A stretch of 64,000 nucleotides of DNA, from positions 13,936-77,935 of the forward strand of contig CACNIG010000004.1 of NCBI GenBank assembly GCA_902620455.1. Reading direction: 5' to 3'. Position 1 is the stretch's first letter, and each line of letters opens with the position of its first letter. Origin of the DNA: an uncultured Bacteroidota bacterium (GTDB lineage: Bacteria > Bacteroidota > Bacteroidia > Flavobacteriales > Flavobacteriaceae). Both the position numbers and the translations under genes were made by a program. Positions 61,511 through 64,000 of the stretch are shown one piece after another. The notes under the pieces are model-generated. The model was not told where the DNA came from, searched no databases, and saw nothing but the letters and a program-made list of their open reading frames with translations.

Positions 61511-62011
61511 ATGGACAGTTATAAGACAAGATTAAAAGACATAACAACTTTCATTTTTGATGTTGATGGAGTTATGACTAATGGTAAAATTATTTACACT
61601 CATGATGGAAAAATTGATAGGCAATTCAATGCAAAAGATGGCTATGCTATAAAACATGCTATATCTAAAGGATACAGAATTGCTATCATATCTGGTGGTA
61701 TGCAGGAAAATGTGAGAACAAGACTCAATTCATTAGGTGTAGAGGATGTTTTCCTTAAGGCATTTAACAAAATTGAAATATTAGATAACTTCATGAAGGA
61801 CAAGGGTATTGAGAAAAAAAATATTCTTTATATGGGTGATGACAATCCAGATATTAAACCGCTTAAGGTCGTCGGCATATCTTCTTGTCCTAAGGATGCA
61901 TCTGTTGATGTTAAATCAATATGTGATTATGTATCACACAAAAAAGGTGGATATGGATGTGTAAGAGATGTAATTGAACAAGTAATGAGGATTCATGGTC
62001 AATGGATTTAG
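61511..62011 (+). CDS. kdsC: KDO 8-phosphate phosphatase (HAD, YrbI family)
   Basis: FIFDVDGVMTNGK and YMGDDNPD motifs, 166 aa. Confidence 0.85.
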   Translation: MDSYKTRLKDITTFIFDVDGVMTNGKIIYTHDGKIDRQFNAKDGYAIKHAISKGYRIAIISGGMQENVRTRLNSLGVEDVFLKAFNKIEILDNFMKDKGIEKKNILYMGDDNPDIKPLKVVGISSCPKDASVDVKSICDYVSHKKGGYGCVRDVIEQVMRIHGQWI

Positions 62012-62598
62012 TAAATAAATCAAAGTATAACATTATCTTAGGCTCAGGATCTTCAAGAAGAAAAGAGCTATTAGGTATGACTGGAATCAATTTTTCAGTG
62101 ATGTCCATCCCTGTTGATGAAAGTTTTCCAGATTTTCTTCAAGGAACAGAAATTTCGGAATATATAGTCAAAAACAAGTCAGATGCTTTTAATAATTTAA
62201 TCAAAGAAAATGAAATCATTATTACTGCTGATACGCTTGTCTGGTTTGAAAATAAATGCCTAGGTAAGCCAAAGGATAAGAAAGAAGCAAAATATATGCT
62301 TAAATTATTTGCAGGCAAATCCCATGATGTTATTACTTCAGTTGGTTTCTTAACCCAAAGCAATTTTAAAGTTATTACAGAAAGCACTACTGTTATTTAC
62401 AAAAGTCTAACTGATAGTGAAATTGACTATTATGTTGAAAATGTTAATCCAATAGATAAAGCTGGGAGTTATGGTATTCAAGACTGGATAGGTATGATTG
62501 GAGTTGAACATGTAAATGGCAGCTATACCAGTGTTTTAGGGTTACCTGTACCTCAAACAACAAATCAAATTATTAAAATTATAAATGAAAATCTTTAA
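62002..62598 (+). CDS. maf: Maf-like nucleoside triphosphate pyrophosphatase
   Basis: ILGSGSSRRKELL, ITADT and KAGSYGIQ motifs. Confidence 0.9.
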   Translation: MDLVNKSKYNIILGSGSSRRKELLGMTGINFSVMSIPVDESFPDFLQGTEISEYIVKNKSDAFNNLIKENEIIITADTLVWFENKCLGKPKDKKEAKYMLKLFAGKSHDVITSVGFLTQSNFKVITESTTVIYKSLTDSEIDYYVENVNPIDKAGSYGIQDWIGMIGVEHVNGSYTSVLGLPVPQTTNQIIKIINENL

Positions 62599-63049
62599 GT
62601 TAAAATATTCACAAAAGCTACCTATTAGTTTGAATGAAGCATGGGATTTTTTATCATCGCCCAACAATTTGGAATTAATAACACCCAAATCTATGGATTT
62701 CAATATAACTGATTGGGACAGAAAGAAAGCCTACCCTGGTCAAATAATACAGTATACTGTTAAACCATTGCTTGGTGTAAAAATTAATTGGGTCACCGAG
62801 ATTACTCAAGTTAAAGACAAAGAGTTTTTTATTGATGAACAAAGATTTGGTCCTTACAGCTTCTGGCATCACAAACATTTTCTTACAGAAATTGAAAATG
62901 GTGTATTAATTGAAGATGTAATTCATTACAAGATACCATTAGGTCCATTTGGAATACTAATTAATTTCCTATTTATTAATTCTAAATTGAACAGTATTTT
63001 TAAATACAGAAAGCAAGAATTAATAAAAATCTTTGGAGATCACAAATAA
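62585..63049 (+). CDS. SRPBCC-fold (cyclase/dehydrase-like) protein
   Basis: 154 aa whose size and pattern (FGPYSFWHHKH) fit SRPBCC proteins found in photolyase/cryptochrome clusters. Confidence 0.55.
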   Translation: MKIFKLKYSQKLPISLNEAWDFLSSPNNLELITPKSMDFNITDWDRKKAYPGQIIQYTVKPLLGVKINWVTEITQVKDKEFFIDEQRFGPYSFWHHKHFLTEIENGVLIEDVIHYKIPLGPFGILINFLFINSKLNSIFKYRKQELIKIFGDHK

Positions 63050-63742
63050 ATGAAAAATATACTTTTAATAGGAGGTTCGACAGGAATTGGTTATGAACTT
63101 TCAAAAAAACTTGTAGATAATAATAACGTATTTATATCTACTAGAAATACAGAAATCTTTAATGGTACAGAGATTAACTCTAACGTACTTAACTTGGATG
63201 AAGAATTTGAATTGGATTGGTTACCTGATCAAATTGATGGTTTCGTCTACTTACCAGGTACTATAAATCTTAGACCATTTAAAGGCATTAAGCCATCTAC
63301 ATTTATGGATGATTTTAATATTAATGTAATGGGTTGTGTCAAAATACTTCAAAAAGTTTTACCTCGACTTCAGTCTGCTGATAATCCAAGTATTGTAATG
63401 TTTAGTACAGTCGCAGTTAAGTTAGGAATGCCTTTTCATAGCTCAGTTTCTGCCTCTAAGGGTGCTATTGAAGGTTTGACTCGATCTCTTGCAGCCGAGT
63501 TTGCCCCAAAAATAAGAGTGAATGCTATTGCACCATCTATACTTGACACTCCAATGGCAGAAAAATTTCTAAACTCTGATTCAAAAAAGGATAACGCTAA
63601 AAATAGGCATCCAATGAAAGAGATTGGTTCAGCTCAAGATATATCTGAAATGGTTAATTTTTTATTAAGTGAAAAAAGTAAATGGATGACTGGTCAAATA
63701 ATTCCATTTGATGGAGGAATCAGTTCACTTAAAACTAATTAA
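63050..63742 (+). CDS. short-chain dehydrogenase/reductase
   Basis: GGSTGIG Rossmann motif and S...SASKGAIE catalytic region. Confidence 0.85.
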   Translation: MKNILLIGGSTGIGYELSKKLVDNNNVFISTRNTEIFNGTEINSNVLNLDEEFELDWLPDQIDGFVYLPGTINLRPFKGIKPSTFMDDFNINVMGCVKILQKVLPRLQSADNPSIVMFSTVAVKLGMPFHSSVSASKGAIEGLTRSLAAEFAPKIRVNAIAPSILDTPMAEKFLNSDSKKDNAKNRHPMKEIGSAQDISEMVNFLLSEKSKWMTGQIIPFDGGISSLKTN

Positions 63743-63879
63743 TGAGAGGAGTCAAAAAAGAAAATTTACCAACAAAAAAATGTATCATATGTGGTCTTGA
63801 ATTCTCATGGAGAAAAAAGTGGCAGAAAAATTGGGATGAAGTTAAATACTGTAGCAAATTATGCAGAAGCAAAAGATAA
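63742..63879 (+). CDS. DUF2256 small zinc-ribbon protein (45 aa, absent from the supplied ORF track)
   Basis: My translation is MRGVKKENLPTKKCIICGLEFSWRKKWQKNWDEVKYCSKLCRSKR. It has the CxxC...WRKKW...WDEVKYCSxxCR signature. TAATG overlap with the SDR stop. Confidence 0.75.
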   Translation: MRGVKKENLPTKKCIICGLEFSWRKKWQKNWDEVKYCSKLCRSKR

Positions 63880-64000
63880 ATAGTTTAGTATGGTTTAGAA
63901 ACAATTTGAGGGTTGAAGACAATAGTTCATTAACCAACGCAATAAATAGTTCAGATAAAATTATTGGGTTCATAAATATTGACCCCAGAAATTTTATTTC
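63861..64000 (+). CDS. cryptochrome/photolyase family protein, N-terminal 46 codons (continues beyond the window)
   Basis: MQKQKINSLVWFRNNLRVEDNSSL matches the lvWFRnDLRveDN start of DASH cryptochromes and photolyases. Overlaps the DUF2256 end by 19 nt. Confidence 0.7.
   Translation, partial: MQKQKINSLVWFRNNLRVEDNSSLTNAINSSDKIIGFINIDPRNFI

Overview
AT-rich, very tightly packed chromosomal segment that looks like a marine Bacteroidota/Flavobacteriia genome. Supporting signs are the tmRNA tag GENNYALAA, TAnnTTTG -7 boxes, fused SecDF and CcsBA, the DUF1599-folP pair, archaeal-type ProRS and bacillithiol BshB1. About 60 CDS are almost all housekeeping (prfB, dnaB, accA, split transketolase, guaB, folP, rho, proS, cysS, secDF, mdh, gyrB, asnB, kdsA, kdsC). 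There are also 4 tRNAs, one tmRNA, a crtB-crtZ pair, and an SRPBCC/SDR/DUF2256/cryptochrome cluster at the right edge. I found no integrase, transposase, CRISPR array or recognisable defence system, and no well-supported multi-gene novel system. The only clearly accessory stretch is about 9.15-12.3 kb. There, an intact tRNA-Lys/tRNA-Leu cassette is followed 2.1 kb later by a decayed second copy (promoter relic plus an orphan tRNA-Leu 3' half). The two copies bracket a single BspA/DUF285-type repeat lipoprotein gene. That gene carries nested direct repeats and an 18-nt inverted repeat that covers its start codon. Next to it lies an orphan 254-aa gene with a 24-bp in-frame minisatellite. Secondary curiosities: two secreted tandem paralogs right after ssrA, an aromatic/RGG-rich lipoprotein coupled to an outer-membrane barrel, a tRNA-His with two U-U mismatches in its acceptor stem, and an unlisted 45-aa DUF2256 ORF. 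All functional calls come from by-eye motif recognition, with no database search.
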